Shown one piece after another: positions 25,745-35,644 of a DNA stretch of 64,000 nt. Position numbers and translations under genes: made by a program. The notes under the pieces are model-generated. The model made no database searches. It was not told the origin of the DNA and saw nothing but the letters and a program-made list of their open reading frames with translations. The first letter of the stretch is position 1. Each line of letters opens with the position of its first letter. Origin of the DNA: Rhizobium sp. Q54 (GTDB lineage: Bacteria; Pseudomonadota; Alphaproteobacteria; CADEGL01); contig CAMAPP010000001.1 of the NCBI GenBank assembly GCA_945860095.1, positions 3,741 to 67,740 on the forward strand, in the 5' to 3' direction.

Positions 25745-26728
25745 ATGAAATTGCCGATTCGTCTGAAGGCCCTGTTTCCCGGCTACCGGACCGGCTGGCG
25801 CGCGCGCTACGGCGCGATGCTCGCGGAATTGTCGGCGCTCGACCGCCGCGCAAGCTACGGCATGGATGGCGGCGCACCGTGGATCGAGCTCGCGGACGGG
25901 CCGCGCCTCCACGGCTTTGCGACCGAACCGGACAACGCCGACATTTTTTGGCTGCTGCGCGCGGCCATGCCGGCGCGCCTGCCAATGTCGCATTTCCGCC
26001 TGGCGAAGGACGTGATCACGCGCTTCGTCTATCCCCATATGCGTCCCGATTTGAAGCCCCAAGGCCATGCACCCGAGGCCTTGTTCGGCTTTCACGGCCA
26101 GCACAAGGACGCCATCGCCGATCTTGACGACGCGGCCGCGCGCGCGGTTCTGATGGCCGCGTTCGCACCGAAGCCGGGCGAATGCGTCGTCGATTGCGGC
26201 GCCTTTCTCGGCTTCGGCGATTTGCGCCTGGCGCCGGATATCGTCCCCGGACGCATCGTCGCGATCGAAGCCAATCGCGCTTGCCACGAATTTCTGGCGC
26301 GCAATATCGCCCACAACCGCGCGGCGAATGTGACGGCATTGCACCATGCGACCTGGGACCGGGAAATGGAGATCGAACTCGAATCGACCTTTGCCCAGGG
26401 AAACTCGCTGATCGAGGAAGTGCAGAAGGGCACGCGGAAGGAGAAGGTCAAGACCATCACGGTCGATCTCGCGGTCGAGCGCCAGGGCTTGGCGCGCGTC
26501 GATCTGTTGAGCCTGACCCTGAACGGTGCCGAGCCCGAAACCCTGGACGGCGCCGCGCGGACCTTGCGCGAATTTCGCCCGCGCATCCGTCTTGCCGGCT
26601 GGTACGTGCGCGAGGGCCGCAAGATCTGGGAACACGTGAAGCCGAGACTCGAGGCGCACAACTACCGAGTGTTCATCGGCCGGCGCGGCAATGTGATGGC
26701 CCTGCCCGCGGAGCGCTTTGACGCATGA
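25745..26728 (+). CDS. FkbM-family methyltransferase
   Basis: VVDCGAFLGFGDL ... IVAIEANRACHEFLARN are typical of Methyltransf_21/FkbM. Confidence 0.7.
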   Translation: MKLPIRLKALFPGYRTGWRARYGAMLAELSALDRRASYGMDGGAPWIELADGPRLHGFATEPDNADIFWLLRAAMPARLPMSHFRLAKDVITRFVYPHMRPDLKPQGHAPEALFGFHGQHKDAIADLDDAAARAVLMAAFAPKPGECVVDCGAFLGFGDLRLAPDIVPGRIVAIEANRACHEFLARNIAHNRAANVTALHHATWDREMEIELESTFAQGNSLIEEVQKGTRKEKVKTITVDLAVERQGLARVDLLSLTLNGAEPETLDGAARTLREFRPRIRLAGWYVREGRKIWEHVKPRLEAHNYRVFIGRRGNVMALPAERFDA

Positions 26729-28566
26729 TCGGCTTGTTCGGCATCTTTCGCGCCGATCCGCGCCTGCCCGCGAATCTTTCTCCGCTCGCGGCCACCTTGC
26801 CCGAGGGTTACGCGATCGGCTGTCACGACCGGCCGGGCGCGGCACTCGGCCGCGTGGCCCACCATCACGATTTTGCGGACGGTTACGCCGAAAGCGCCGA
26901 TGGCCGATTCGCCGCCACCGCGATCGGCGAGGTGTTCGATGCGGCGCAAGCCGGCATGACGGGATCGCTTGCGGCCTTCGCCGCGCGCCTGGTCGCGAAC
27001 AACCACCTGGAGCGCCTAGCGGAACTGAACGGCCTGTTCGCGATCGCGATTCACGACCGCGTCGCGCACCGCCTGATTCTCGCGACCGACCGGCACGCGA
27101 GCTTTCCCATCCATGTTTGGCGCGCAGGCAATGAACTGGTCTATGCCGGTCAAATCAAGACTTTGCTCGGCGACCCAAGGATTGCGCGCAAGGTTGACCC
27201 GCGCGCGCTCGCGCAATTGTTCACAACCCAACGCACCTTCGGGCGCACGACCCCTATCGCGGGCGTCGAAGCCTTGCCCGCCGCATGCCTGTTCGAGTTC
27301 GACGCGACGGGCGGGCGCGAGCGGCGCTATTGGGCGCTCGATTGGCGCCGCCCGGATTTCGACGAGCAAACCGGAGCGCGCCTTTTGGCCGAGGCCTTGC
27401 GCAAGGCCGTCGCGCGCCAGAGCGCCGCACCAAATACGGCTTTGCTGCTGTCGGGGGGCATCGACAGCCGGCTTGTCCTCGCCGCGGCGCCGCGAGGCGC
27501 GCTCGAATGTTGGACCACGGCCGGTTATGCCGGAAATCCGGAACTCGCCGTGGCGCGCGAAATCGCCGCCTTGTTCGGCGCCAAACACCACGCGCTGATC
27601 GTGGCACCCGAAGACACCTTGCCCGGGCTTGAGCGCACGGTCGTCGATTCGAATGGGCTATATCCCGCCTCGACGCCGATGTCGGCCTTCCTGCCCCAGG
27701 TCGGCGTCCATTGTCCTGCGATCCTGACCGGGCACGGACTCGATTACACCTTGCGCGGCTATTATCTGCCCGCGCGCTTCGCCGAGATCGCGGGATCGCG
27801 CACGCGCCTGCCCATTCTCCGGCCCATCCCGCGCCATCCGACCGGCGCGGACGTCCTGCGCTCGCTGCGCCAAGGCCCGCCACGCGCCACCATCGCGCGC
27901 ATCGTGGCGCCCGCTTGGCGGGCGGAATGGTGGCACAGCCAGGAGACGGCGCTCGATGGAACCCTGCGACCGTGGCTGCAATCCGCCGAGCCCTACAATG
28001 CCTGGGACGCCTTCATCCTGCATGCCGTATCCAAGCACTACGCCTTCACCGGCATGATGGCGACGCGCGCGGTCGGCAATCTACGCCTGCCCGCCTTCGA
28101 TGCCGAGGTATTCGACATTTATTTGCGCATGAAGCCCGCCTGGCGGTGCAGCGGCGCCATGGTCAAGCGCGCGCTCGGCGAGCTATCGCCCGAAGCCGCG
28201 CGGCTCGCACAGGCCAATACCGGATTTCGTGCCGGACTTGGGCCTTGGCGCGAGATTGGCGCGCTCATGGCGCGCGCGGGTTTGCGCCGCCTGGGCCTTG
28301 CCTCCCGGCCCGAACCGCCGACCGAATACCATTCGACGGGGTCGTGGCAGGACATTCCCAATCTGTACCGCTTGGAGCCGGGCCATCGGCGGCGCTTCGG
28401 CGAGATTCGCGCGCGCTTGGATGCGCTGACGCTCGGCGTTCTCGACGCCGATGGTTTGCGGTCGTGCATCGACGAACATCTCGACGGCCGCGCCAAGCAC
28501 ACCAAGCTTCTGCGCCAGCTGCTGACCCACGACGCCTTCGTGCGCGAATTCGGGGCAACCGCGTGA
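26725..28566 (+). CDS. Asparagine synthase (AsnB)-like amidotransferase lacking the N-terminal Cys nucleophile
   Basis: The N-terminus is MIGLFGIF instead of MCGI. The PP-loop LLSGGIDSR and the overall AsnB domain order are conserved. Confidence 0.7.
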   Translation: MIGLFGIFRADPRLPANLSPLAATLPEGYAIGCHDRPGAALGRVAHHHDFADGYAESADGRFAATAIGEVFDAAQAGMTGSLAAFAARLVANNHLERLAELNGLFAIAIHDRVAHRLILATDRHASFPIHVWRAGNELVYAGQIKTLLGDPRIARKVDPRALAQLFTTQRTFGRTTPIAGVEALPAACLFEFDATGGRERRYWALDWRRPDFDEQTGARLLAEALRKAVARQSAAPNTALLLSGGIDSRLVLAAAPRGALECWTTAGYAGNPELAVAREIAALFGAKHHALIVAPEDTLPGLERTVVDSNGLYPASTPMSAFLPQVGVHCPAILTGHGLDYTLRGYYLPARFAEIAGSRTRLPILRPIPRHPTGADVLRSLRQGPPRATIARIVAPAWRAEWWHSQETALDGTLRPWLQSAEPYNAWDAFILHAVSKHYAFTGMMATRAVGNLRLPAFDAEVFDIYLRMKPAWRCSGAMVKRALGELSPEAARLAQANTGFRAGLGPWREIGALMARAGLRRLGLASRPEPPTEYHSTGSWQDIPNLYRLEPGHRRRFGEIRARLDALTLGVLDADGLRSCIDEHLDGRAKHTKLLRQLLTHDAFVREFGATA

Positions 28567-29864
28567 GCGCTCTCGCCTTTCGCTTGTCCATCGCGCCCGC
28601 GCTCGAGAAATTCCGTCCCGAGATCGTCCATGCCTGCGATTTTCTCGCGCGCTGCCATGGGCTTATCCGGGACGAGACGGCCCCGCGCATCCTGCACTAC
28701 GGCCCCGCGCCACCAGAGGGGGCGGTGCATGTCCCGGCGGCGCTGTTTCCCTCGGGCGCGCGGCTCGACGGCGAGGGCATCCATCCCGTCGCGTCGGCGC
28801 TCGACGACATGTTGGCGGGAAAGCGCGAAACGGCGCTTTTCCCGAAGACAACAGGGCGCCTCGATTACGATGCGCTGGGATTGATTTTTCTGCTCCTGTC
28901 GCGCATCGAGGAACGCGGCCACCAAGCGCGCGACCGCTACGGCCGGTTCCCCTACGCCGCGTCCTTGGCGGTGCGCAAAACCGGCAAGGCGGCAAATCTG
29001 GCCGACGATGCGGCGCGCGATATCGCCGCCGCGCTGTACGGCACCGACACCCCGCCCATCGCCACGTGCCACCAAATTCTCGTGACCCACGATGTCGATC
29101 GGCTCAAGGGTTATCACCGCGCTCACGAACCCTTGCGCCACGCGCTCGGCGATCTTGCGAAGCGGGGCGCGCCGGGCAAGGCATGGCACCGCCTCGTGGA
29201 CGGGTATTTTTCGCGCGAGCCGTGGCGGTCGGCGCGCGCCCTGATGGCGGCGTCCGAGGCGCGCGGCCTTGCGAGTCGGTTTTATTTCATGGGTCCGAGC
29301 GCCCACCCCATGGACAGTCCCTATACCGCCAGAATGCCGAAGCTTCTGGGCGTGCTGGGGCGCGAGATCGCGGGGCGCGGCCATGTCGTCGGCTTCCACC
29401 CCGGTTTCGAAACCGCGAGCGATCCCGCGCTATGGCAAGCGCAGCGCGCGGGGCTTGAGAACGCACTCGGATTTCGGGTCACGGAAGGCCGCCAGCACGT
29501 TCTGCGTTATATCGCCGAGGACACGCCCGATATCTGGAACGACGCGGGCATGGCGCTCGACGCCACGCTTGCCTGGCCCGATGCGAGCGGGTTTCGCAGC
29601 GGCACCTGCCGACGCCATGCCGCCTATAGCTTGCGCCGGCGGCGCACCCTCGCGCTCGATCAGGTCTCGACCGCGATCATGGATTTCAGCTTCTTCGGCG
29701 GGAAGTATCGCGCCATGGCGATCGACGACGCGCTCGACGAAGCGAGAAAGGTCGCGAAGATCTGCAAGCATCACGGCGGCGCATTGGTCATCCTTCAACA
29801 TACCGGCCAGAACCGTCCGCCCCAGAGCGCGTTCTTCGAGCGCCTATTGGATTTGGCTTCATGA
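28563..29864 (+). CDS. Hypothetical protein, polysaccharide deacetylase-like domain
   Basis: ILVTHDVDRL and RFYFMG blocks are paralogous to those of the next gene. The GTG start overlaps the upstream stop. Track entry 27711 is over-extended. Confidence 0.45.
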   Translation: MSALAFRLSIAPALEKFRPEIVHACDFLARCHGLIRDETAPRILHYGPAPPEGAVHVPAALFPSGARLDGEGIHPVASALDDMLAGKRETALFPKTTGRLDYDALGLIFLLLSRIEERGHQARDRYGRFPYAASLAVRKTGKAANLADDAARDIAAALYGTDTPPIATCHQILVTHDVDRLKGYHRAHEPLRHALGDLAKRGAPGKAWHRLVDGYFSREPWRSARALMAASEARGLASRFYFMGPSAHPMDSPYTARMPKLLGVLGREIAGRGHVVGFHPGFETASDPALWQAQRAGLENALGFRVTEGRQHVLRYIAEDTPDIWNDAGMALDATLAWPDASGFRSGTCRRHAAYSLRRRRTLALDQVSTAIMDFSFFGGKYRAMAIDDALDEARKVAKICKHHGGALVILQHTGQNRPPQSAFFERLLDLAS

Positions 29865-30586
29865 GCGCGGATTTCTCTTTCTCTTCCTATCGCGCGCTTC
29901 TTCAGGCGTTCGCGGATCGGGACTACAAGGCAATGTCCTATGCCGACGCCGATCCGGCCCGGCGCCATCTCATCCTGCGCCACGACATCGACATCTCGCT
30001 CGGAGCCGCGCTGCCGATCGCGGAGATCGAGCGCGAAGCCGGCATGGCCGCCACGTATTTTGTCATGACGCGCAGCGAAATCTACAACCCCTTCGCGCCC
30101 GACGGCGCGCGCGCGCTGGCGCACATCGTGGATCTGGGCCACCGCATCGGCCTGCACTTCGACGCGGCGTTATACGGCCCGGGGCAACAACTCGACGACG
30201 CGGCGGCGCGGGAATGCGCGGTCCTCGGGAAAATCGTGGGCCAAGACGTGCACGTCATCAGCTTTCACCGCCCCGCCCCGGCCCTGATCGGGCGCGCGGG
30301 CACGATCGCCGGACGGCGCCACGCCTACGAGCCGCGCTTTTTTGCCGAAATGGGCTATTGCTCGGATTCGCGCGGCGGTTGGCATCGGGGCGCGCCGCTG
30401 AATCACCCGGCGGTGCGCGCCGGCACGGCGCTCCAATTGCTGACCCATCCGATCTGGTGGCTCGACCCGGCGGCGGAACCCGCCGCGCGCTTGGACCGCT
30501 TTCTCGACACGAAGTTCGCGGCGCTCGACCGGGAATTGGCGGAACATTGTGAGGTCCATGTGGCGGGACGGAGAGTGGTTCGATGA
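29861..30586 (+). CDS. Polysaccharide deacetylase-like protein
   Basis: Contains LILRHDIDISL ... ATYFVMTRSEIYNPF ... GLHFD. It overlaps the upstream stop (ATGA). Confidence 0.45.
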   Translation: MSADFSFSSYRALLQAFADRDYKAMSYADADPARRHLILRHDIDISLGAALPIAEIEREAGMAATYFVMTRSEIYNPFAPDGARALAHIVDLGHRIGLHFDAALYGPGQQLDDAAARECAVLGKIVGQDVHVISFHRPAPALIGRAGTIAGRRHAYEPRFFAEMGYCSDSRGGWHRGAPLNHPAVRAGTALQLLTHPIWWLDPAAEPAARLDRFLDTKFAALDRELAEHCEVHVAGRRVVR

Positions 30587-31572
30587 GTCGCGTGGGCGTT
30601 GTCGGCCTCGGCCATTGGGGGCCCAATCTTGCGCGAAACTTCCATCTTCTGGGCGCGCTCGGCGCGGTGTGCGACACCCGCGAGGAATCGCGAACGGCCG
30701 TTCTTAAAACTCTTCCGGGCGTGGCGGGGCACGCGGATTTTTCCGCCATGCTGGCCTCGCCGACCATCGACGCGGTCGCGATCGCGACGCCGGCGGCAAC
30801 CCACGGCGCGCTCGCGGCCCGCGCGCTGGAAGCGGGCAAGCACGTCTTCGTCGAGAAGCCCTTGTGTCTCGACTTGGCGCAGGCGCGCGCGCTCGGCGAG
30901 GACGCGGCGCGGCGCGGTCTGGTTCTTATGGTCGGACATCTGCTCCTTTATCACCCGGCCTTCAATGCGCTCGAGCGCCTGGTCGCCGACGGCAAGCTCG
31001 GGGAATTACGCTACGCCTATTCGAACCGGCTGAGCTTGGGCAAAATTCGGCGCGAGGAGAACGCCCTGTGGTCGTTCGCGCCGCATGACATCTCGATGAT
31101 CCTGGCGCTGGTGGGTCGGGTTCCCGTGCGCGCCATGACGAGCGGCGGCAGCTATCTGTTGCCGGGCATCGCCGACACCACACTTTCGCATCTCGATTTC
31201 GGCCAAGGCGTGCAAGGCCATGTCTTTGTGTCGTGGCTTCACCCGTACAAGGATCATCGTTTGGTGATCGTCGGCAGCAAGGGCATGGCCAGTTTCCACG
31301 ACAGCCAGACGGGGGCGGAAAAACTCATGTTCTATCCCCACGGCGTCGGCTGGAATGAAGATCTGCCCACGGTCGCAAAGGCCACGGCGGAGCCCGTGCC
31401 CTACGAGGCCGACGAGCCCTTGAAGCGCGAATGCCGCCATTTTCTCGATTGCGTCGCCGGACGCGCAAGGCCACGTTCGGATGCTGCGGAGAGCCTGCGC
31501 GTTCTTGCCGTGCTCGATTCCTGCCAACGCTCCCTGACGCTGGGCAGCCCCGTGGAGATCGCGGCGCCATGA
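30583..31572 (+). CDS. Gfo/Idh/MocA oxidoreductase, WbpB/GnnA-like sugar 3-dehydrogenase
   Basis: [15 protein letters not shown] and EKP are present. It is followed by acetyltransferase and aminotransferase genes, as in diacetamido-sugar modules. Confidence 0.75.
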   Translation: MSRVGVVGLGHWGPNLARNFHLLGALGAVCDTREESRTAVLKTLPGVAGHADFSAMLASPTIDAVAIATPAATHGALAARALEAGKHVFVEKPLCLDLAQARALGEDAARRGLVLMVGHLLLYHPAFNALERLVADGKLGELRYAYSNRLSLGKIRREENALWSFAPHDISMILALVGRVPVRAMTSGGSYLLPGIADTTLSHLDFGQGVQGHVFVSWLHPYKDHRLVIVGSKGMASFHDSQTGAEKLMFYPHGVGWNEDLPTVAKATAEPVPYEADEPLKRECRHFLDCVAGRARPRSDAAESLRVLAVLDSCQRSLTLGSPVEIAAP

Positions 31573-32141
31573 GCGATTATTACATTCACCCGAGCGCGAT
31601 CGTGGACGACGGAGTCCACATCGGCGCCGGCACGAAAATCTGGCATTTCGCCCATATCCTGCGCGGCGTGCGGCTCGGCGAGCGCTGCGTCGTCGGCCAG
31701 AACGTGATGATCGGGCCGAACGTCGCGATCGGCCAAGGGGTCAAGATTCAGAACAATGTCTCGATCTACGAAGGCGTCGTGCTCGAGGATGACGTGTTCT
31801 GCGGCCCCTCCTGCGTGTTCACCAATGTTCTGACGCCGCGCGCCTTCATCGAGCGGAAATCGGAATTCGCGCCCACTCGCGTGCGCCGGGGTGCTTCCAT
31901 CGGCGCCAACGCCACCATCGTTTGCGGCGTGACCGTCGGGCGCTATGCCATGGTGGGCGCGGGCGCGGTCGTGACCCACGACGTCCGCGATCACGAACTC
32001 GTTCACGGCAATCCCGCGCGCCCGCGCGGCTGGGTGAGCCGTACGGGCGAGGTTCTTGGCGCTAACCTCGTGTGCCCGCGGACGGGCGAGCGTTATCGCC
32101 GCGAATCGGACGGCCTCGTCGCCGTCGAGGAGAAGACATGA
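31569..32141 (+). CDS. Hexapeptide N-acetyltransferase, WbpD-like
   Basis: Left-handed beta-helix repeats run through most of the 190 aa. The ATG overlaps the upstream stop. Confidence 0.8.
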   Translation: MSDYYIHPSAIVDDGVHIGAGTKIWHFAHILRGVRLGERCVVGQNVMIGPNVAIGQGVKIQNNVSIYEGVVLEDDVFCGPSCVFTNVLTPRAFIERKSEFAPTRVRRGASIGANATIVCGVTVGRYAMVGAGAVVTHDVRDHELVHGNPARPRGWVSRTGEVLGANLVCPRTGERYRRESDGLVAVEEKT

Positions 32142-33289
32142 GCCGCACCGTCCCCGTCACCGATTCCATCCCGTTCATGGATTTGAAGGCGCAGTACGCG
32201 CGCCTCAAACCCGAAATCGATGCCGCCATTGCGCGTGTTCTGGCCCACGGCCAGTTCATCCTGGGGCCCGAGGTCAAGGAATTGGAGAGCAAGCTCGCCG
32301 AACGCGCGGGCGCCGCGCATTGCATCGGCGTGGCAAACGGCACGGACGCACTGACCATCGCGCTCATGGCCGAGGGCGTGGGGTCGGGGGATGCGGTCTT
32401 TGTGCCGTCCTTCACGTTCACGGCGACGGCGGAGGCGGTGTTGATCCTCGGCGCGGCGCCGGTGTTTTGCGATGTCGATCCGAAGACGTGCAATCTCGAT
32501 CCGGTGGATCTAGCGCGCCGCATCGAGGCGGTGCGCGCCGCGGGCAGGTTGCGCCCGCGCGCGATCATCGCCGTCGATCTGTTCGGCTTTCCGGCGGATT
32601 ACGCCGCGCTGGAGGCGCTGGCCGGCAAGCACGCATTGTTCGTGCTGGCCGATGCCGCGCAGAGCTTCGGCGCGCGCAGCGGCAATAAGCGCGCGGGCGC
32701 GCTAGCCCCCGTCACGACGACGAGCTTCTTTCCAGCAAAGCCGCTCGGCTGCTACGGCGATGGCGGCGCCTTGCTGACCGACGACCCGGCGCGCGCGGCG
32801 TTGTATCGTTCGATGCGCGCCCACGGCACGGGCGGCGCCAAGTACGACATCGTGCGATTGGGCTTCAACAGCCGGCTGGATACCTTGCAGGCCGCGATCC
32901 TGCTCGCGAAGCTGCCCGCACTCGACGGCGAAATCGCCGCGCGCGCGCGCTTGGCCGATCGGTACGATCGCCTGCTCGCCGGCGCGGTCGAAACCCCGCC
33001 CCGTCAACCCGACACGGCGAGCGCCTGGGCGCAGTACACGATCCAAACCAAGCGGCGCGATCACGTAGCCGCGACGCTGAAGGCCCAGGGCATTCCGACC
33101 GCGATCTATTACCCCAAGCCCATGCATCTGCAACCTGCCTACGAGAGTTACGGCGAGGGGCCGGGATCGCTCGCCATATCCGAAGCGCTTGCATGCCGGG
33201 TGTTGAGCCTGCCCTTCCATGCCGATATGGACGAAGCGACGGCGCTGCGCGTCGCCGGCGCCGTCAGGGCCGCCGTGGCAGATGGCTGA
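32138..33289 (+). CDS. DegT/DnrJ/EryC1/StrS aminotransferase, WbpE-like
   Basis: Canonical [13 protein letters not shown] and PSFTF motifs are present. Confidence 0.85.
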   Translation: MSRTVPVTDSIPFMDLKAQYARLKPEIDAAIARVLAHGQFILGPEVKELESKLAERAGAAHCIGVANGTDALTIALMAEGVGSGDAVFVPSFTFTATAEAVLILGAAPVFCDVDPKTCNLDPVDLARRIEAVRAAGRLRPRAIIAVDLFGFPADYAALEALAGKHALFVLADAAQSFGARSGNKRAGALAPVTTTSFFPAKPLGCYGDGGALLTDDPARAALYRSMRAHGTGGAKYDIVRLGFNSRLDTLQAAILLAKLPALDGEIAARARLADRYDRLLAGAVETPPRQPDTASAWAQYTIQTKRRDHVAATLKAQGIPTAIYYPKPMHLQPAYESYGEGPGSLAISEALACRVLSLPFHADMDEATALRVAGAVRAAVADG

Positions 33290-34415
33290 ACTGCGGACGC
33301 TCGACGCGCTCAGCATCGCGAGCCGGGCTGATTCGTTCGTCGCCATCGCGGCCGACATCCCCGGCGAGTATTGGACCAAGGAACATTTCCTGGTCGAGCG
33401 GCCGGGGAAATGGCGCCTGTCCTTCGCGGCCTGGGACGGCGATACGCCCATTGCCTATGCGGTGCTATCGCAACCCGACGCCGGGCGCGTCCATCTTCAT
33501 CATTTCATGGTCGCGCGAGCGCATCGCGCCAGGGGGCTGGGGCGGCGCATGCTCGCGGAAATGCTGGCGCGCGCCCGCGCTTCGGGCGCCGCGCGCTTGA
33601 CTCTCAAGGTGCTATCGGGCAATGAGCGGGCCATCGCCTTTTACCGCGCGAACGGATTTAACCCCGTCGGCCGGGAAGGCGAATACGCGGTGCTGGAGCG
33701 CGCGCTCGGCGCAGCGGTCGCGCGCGCCGCCGTCGCCATCCACCAGCCGAATTACCTGCCTTGGCTCGGCTATTTTTGGAAGATGGCCCAGGCCGACATC
33801 TTCGTCTTTCTCGACAATGTCCAATTCACCAAGGGCGGATACACCAACCGGATGCAGATCGATGCCGGCGGCGTTGCGCGCTGGCTGAGCGTGCCAGTAA
33901 TGGTGCGCCTCGGCATGCGCATCGATCAGATCCGCCCCAGCAGGCCGGATTGGCGCGCCGCCCATCTCGACACGCTCGCGACCTATTACGCAAAGGCGCC
34001 GGCGTACCGCGAGGTGCGCGACTGGCTGGCCGAGGAATACGAACGCGCGCCCGCCACGGATTTGGCGGCGATCAATCGAAGCCTCGTCGAAGCGATCGCC
34101 GCGTCGCTTGGCCTCAAGACCCGCTTCGTCGCCTCGTCCGAAATTCCGACCGGCGACGCGGACGGCGATATGCGTCTTGTGCGCATCGTCGAACACTTGG
34201 CGCCCGGCGGGGTCTATCTGTCGGGCAAGGGCGGCGACAATTATCAGAACGCCGAGCGCTTCGTCGAAGCGGGGCTTGAGTTGCGCCACACCGACTATCC
34301 GATGCCGCGTTACGATCAGGGCAGGCATGATTTTCTCGGCGGGCTATCGGTGATCGATGCCGCTTTCCGTCTCGGCTGGGCGGGTGTGGCCGAATTGCTG
34401 CGCGTTTCCGCGTGA
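33282..34415 (+). CDS. GNAT acetyltransferase domain fused to a WbqC-family domain
   Basis: GNAT core (ARAHRARGLGRRMLAEM ... AFYRANGF) followed by AIHQPNYLPWLGYFWKMAQADIFVFLDNVQF (WbqC signature). Confidence 0.65.
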   Translation: MAELRTLDALSIASRADSFVAIAADIPGEYWTKEHFLVERPGKWRLSFAAWDGDTPIAYAVLSQPDAGRVHLHHFMVARAHRARGLGRRMLAEMLARARASGAARLTLKVLSGNERAIAFYRANGFNPVGREGEYAVLERALGAAVARAAVAIHQPNYLPWLGYFWKMAQADIFVFLDNVQFTKGGYTNRMQIDAGGVARWLSVPVMVRLGMRIDQIRPSRPDWRAAHLDTLATYYAKAPAYREVRDWLAEEYERAPATDLAAINRSLVEAIAASLGLKTRFVASSEIPTGDADGDMRLVRIVEHLAPGGVYLSGKGGDNYQNAERFVEAGLELRHTDYPMPRYDQGRHDFLGGLSVIDAAFRLGWAGVAELLRVSA

Positions 34416-35644
34416 GCACGGTGTTGCGCGTGCTGTGTCTCGATATCGAGGGCGGCTTCGGCGGCTCCTCGCGCAGCCTGTTCGAGTCGATCCGGCACAT
34501 GGACCGTTCGGCCGTATCGGTCGAGATTTGGTGCCGGCGCGACGGCCCGGTCGTGCCGCGTTACCGCGCCCTCGGTGTCGCCTGCCGTGTCGTGCCGGCC
34601 ATGGCGCATTACAGCGCCCTGCCGCGATTCTCGCGCAATCTCGTCGCGCTTGCCGGCTTCGTTCGGCGGTTTGCAGCATCGCGCGCATTTCGTCGCGAGC
34701 TCGCAGCCGAAACGAATGCGCGCTTCGACCGCGTGCATTTCAATCACGAGGCGCTGTTCCTTCTCGCGCGTTGGCTTCGCCCCCGGACGCGCGCGCCCTT
34801 CATCGCCCATGTGCGGACCAATCTCCTGCCCGGCCCCTTCGCCCGTTGGCAGGCGCGAACCCTGGCGCGCGCGACGGACGCCCTGGCGTTCATCACGCGC
34901 AACGAGGTGGCGACGTTCCGCGCCCATGGCGGCAGGCCGCGCCTGGCTCGCATCATTCACAATATCGCCACCGCGCCCGATGCCGGTGCGGCCGGGCAGG
35001 CCGGAAAATCGGACGCCGGAAAATCGGACGCCGGGAAATCGGACGATTGGGAAAATGACGCACGGCTGCGTATCGCGTGTCTTAGCAATTATTCCTACGC
35101 GCGCGGCCTCGACCGGTTGCTCGATATCGCCGAGGAATTGCGTGCCCAAGGCCAGGCCGATGCCCTGTTCGTCGTCGCAGGGCGCATGGCGCTGACGCGC
35201 TCGCTGCCGGGGCTCTTGGGCGAGATCGGACGGCGCGGCGGCACGTTGGCGGATGCGGCCGAGGCGCGGGGGTTAGGCGGTTATTTTCGCTTCCTCGGTC
35301 ACGTCGAGAATCCCGATCGCGTCCTGGCCCAGTGCGCCGCGTTGATCAAGCCCACGCGCGAAGCCAATCCCTGGGGCCGCGATGTAATCGAGGCCTTGGC
35401 GGCGGGCCGCGCCGTGCTTTCATGCGGCACCGATGCGACCTTCGTGGAAAGTGGCGTCACGGGTTATTTGCAGGATGAATTTGACGCAGCCGCCATGGCC
35501 CGCGAGGTCGCGCGTCTTGCCGGCGACCGCGAAGCCCTGCGGCGCATGGGCGAGACGGGCAGGGCGCGGGTGGCACGGTTGTGCGATGGCCCGTCCCGCG
35601 CGCGGGACTTGCTTGATCTTTGGCGCGAGGCGGTCCGGCCATGA
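34412..35644 (+). CDS. Glycosyltransferase family 4
   Basis: GT-B fold with a C-terminal E-x7-E-like region. It carries an internal AGKSD x3 repeat insertion. Confidence 0.75.
   Translation: MSTVLRVLCLDIEGGFGGSSRSLFESIRHMDRSAVSVEIWCRRDGPVVPRYRALGVACRVVPAMAHYSALPRFSRNLVALAGFVRRFAASRAFRRELAAETNARFDRVHFNHEALFLLARWLRPRTRAPFIAHVRTNLLPGPFARWQARTLARATDALAFITRNEVATFRAHGGRPRLARIIHNIATAPDAGAAGQAGKSDAGKSDAGKSDDWENDARLRIACLSNYSYARGLDRLLDIAEELRAQGQADALFVVAGRMALTRSLPGLLGEIGRRGGTLADAAEARGLGGYFRFLGHVENPDRVLAQCAALIKPTREANPWGRDVIEALAAGRAVLSCGTDATFVESGVTGYLQDEFDAAAMAREVARLAGDREALRRMGETGRARVARLCDGPSRARDLLDLWREAVRP
35000..35044 (+). repeat. 15-bp x3 in-frame tandem repeat (GCCGGAAAATCGGAC) inside the GT4 gene
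   Basis: Direct reading gives gccggaaaatcggac gccggaaaatcggac gccgggaaatcggac, encoding AGKSDAGKSDAGKSD. Confidence 0.8.

Noticed and set aside
24824-26845. Very long reverse-strand ORFs opposite well-supported + strand genes (24824..26845 at 673 aa, 47818..49878 at 686 aa, 37575..39335 at 586 aa, 42996..45086 at 696 aa, 41390..42973, 3743..4966, 6623..7774, 10725..11798).
   Set aside because: They are Arg/Ala/Gly-rich with no recognisable domains. They lie antisense to genes with clear family motifs. This is the typical high-GC open-frame artefact.
35000-35044. The 15-bp repeat in the GT4 gene as a phase-variation (on/off) switch.
   Set aside because: The unit length is a multiple of 3 and is not homopolymeric or dinucleotide. 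Copy-number change would alter linker length, not the reading frame.
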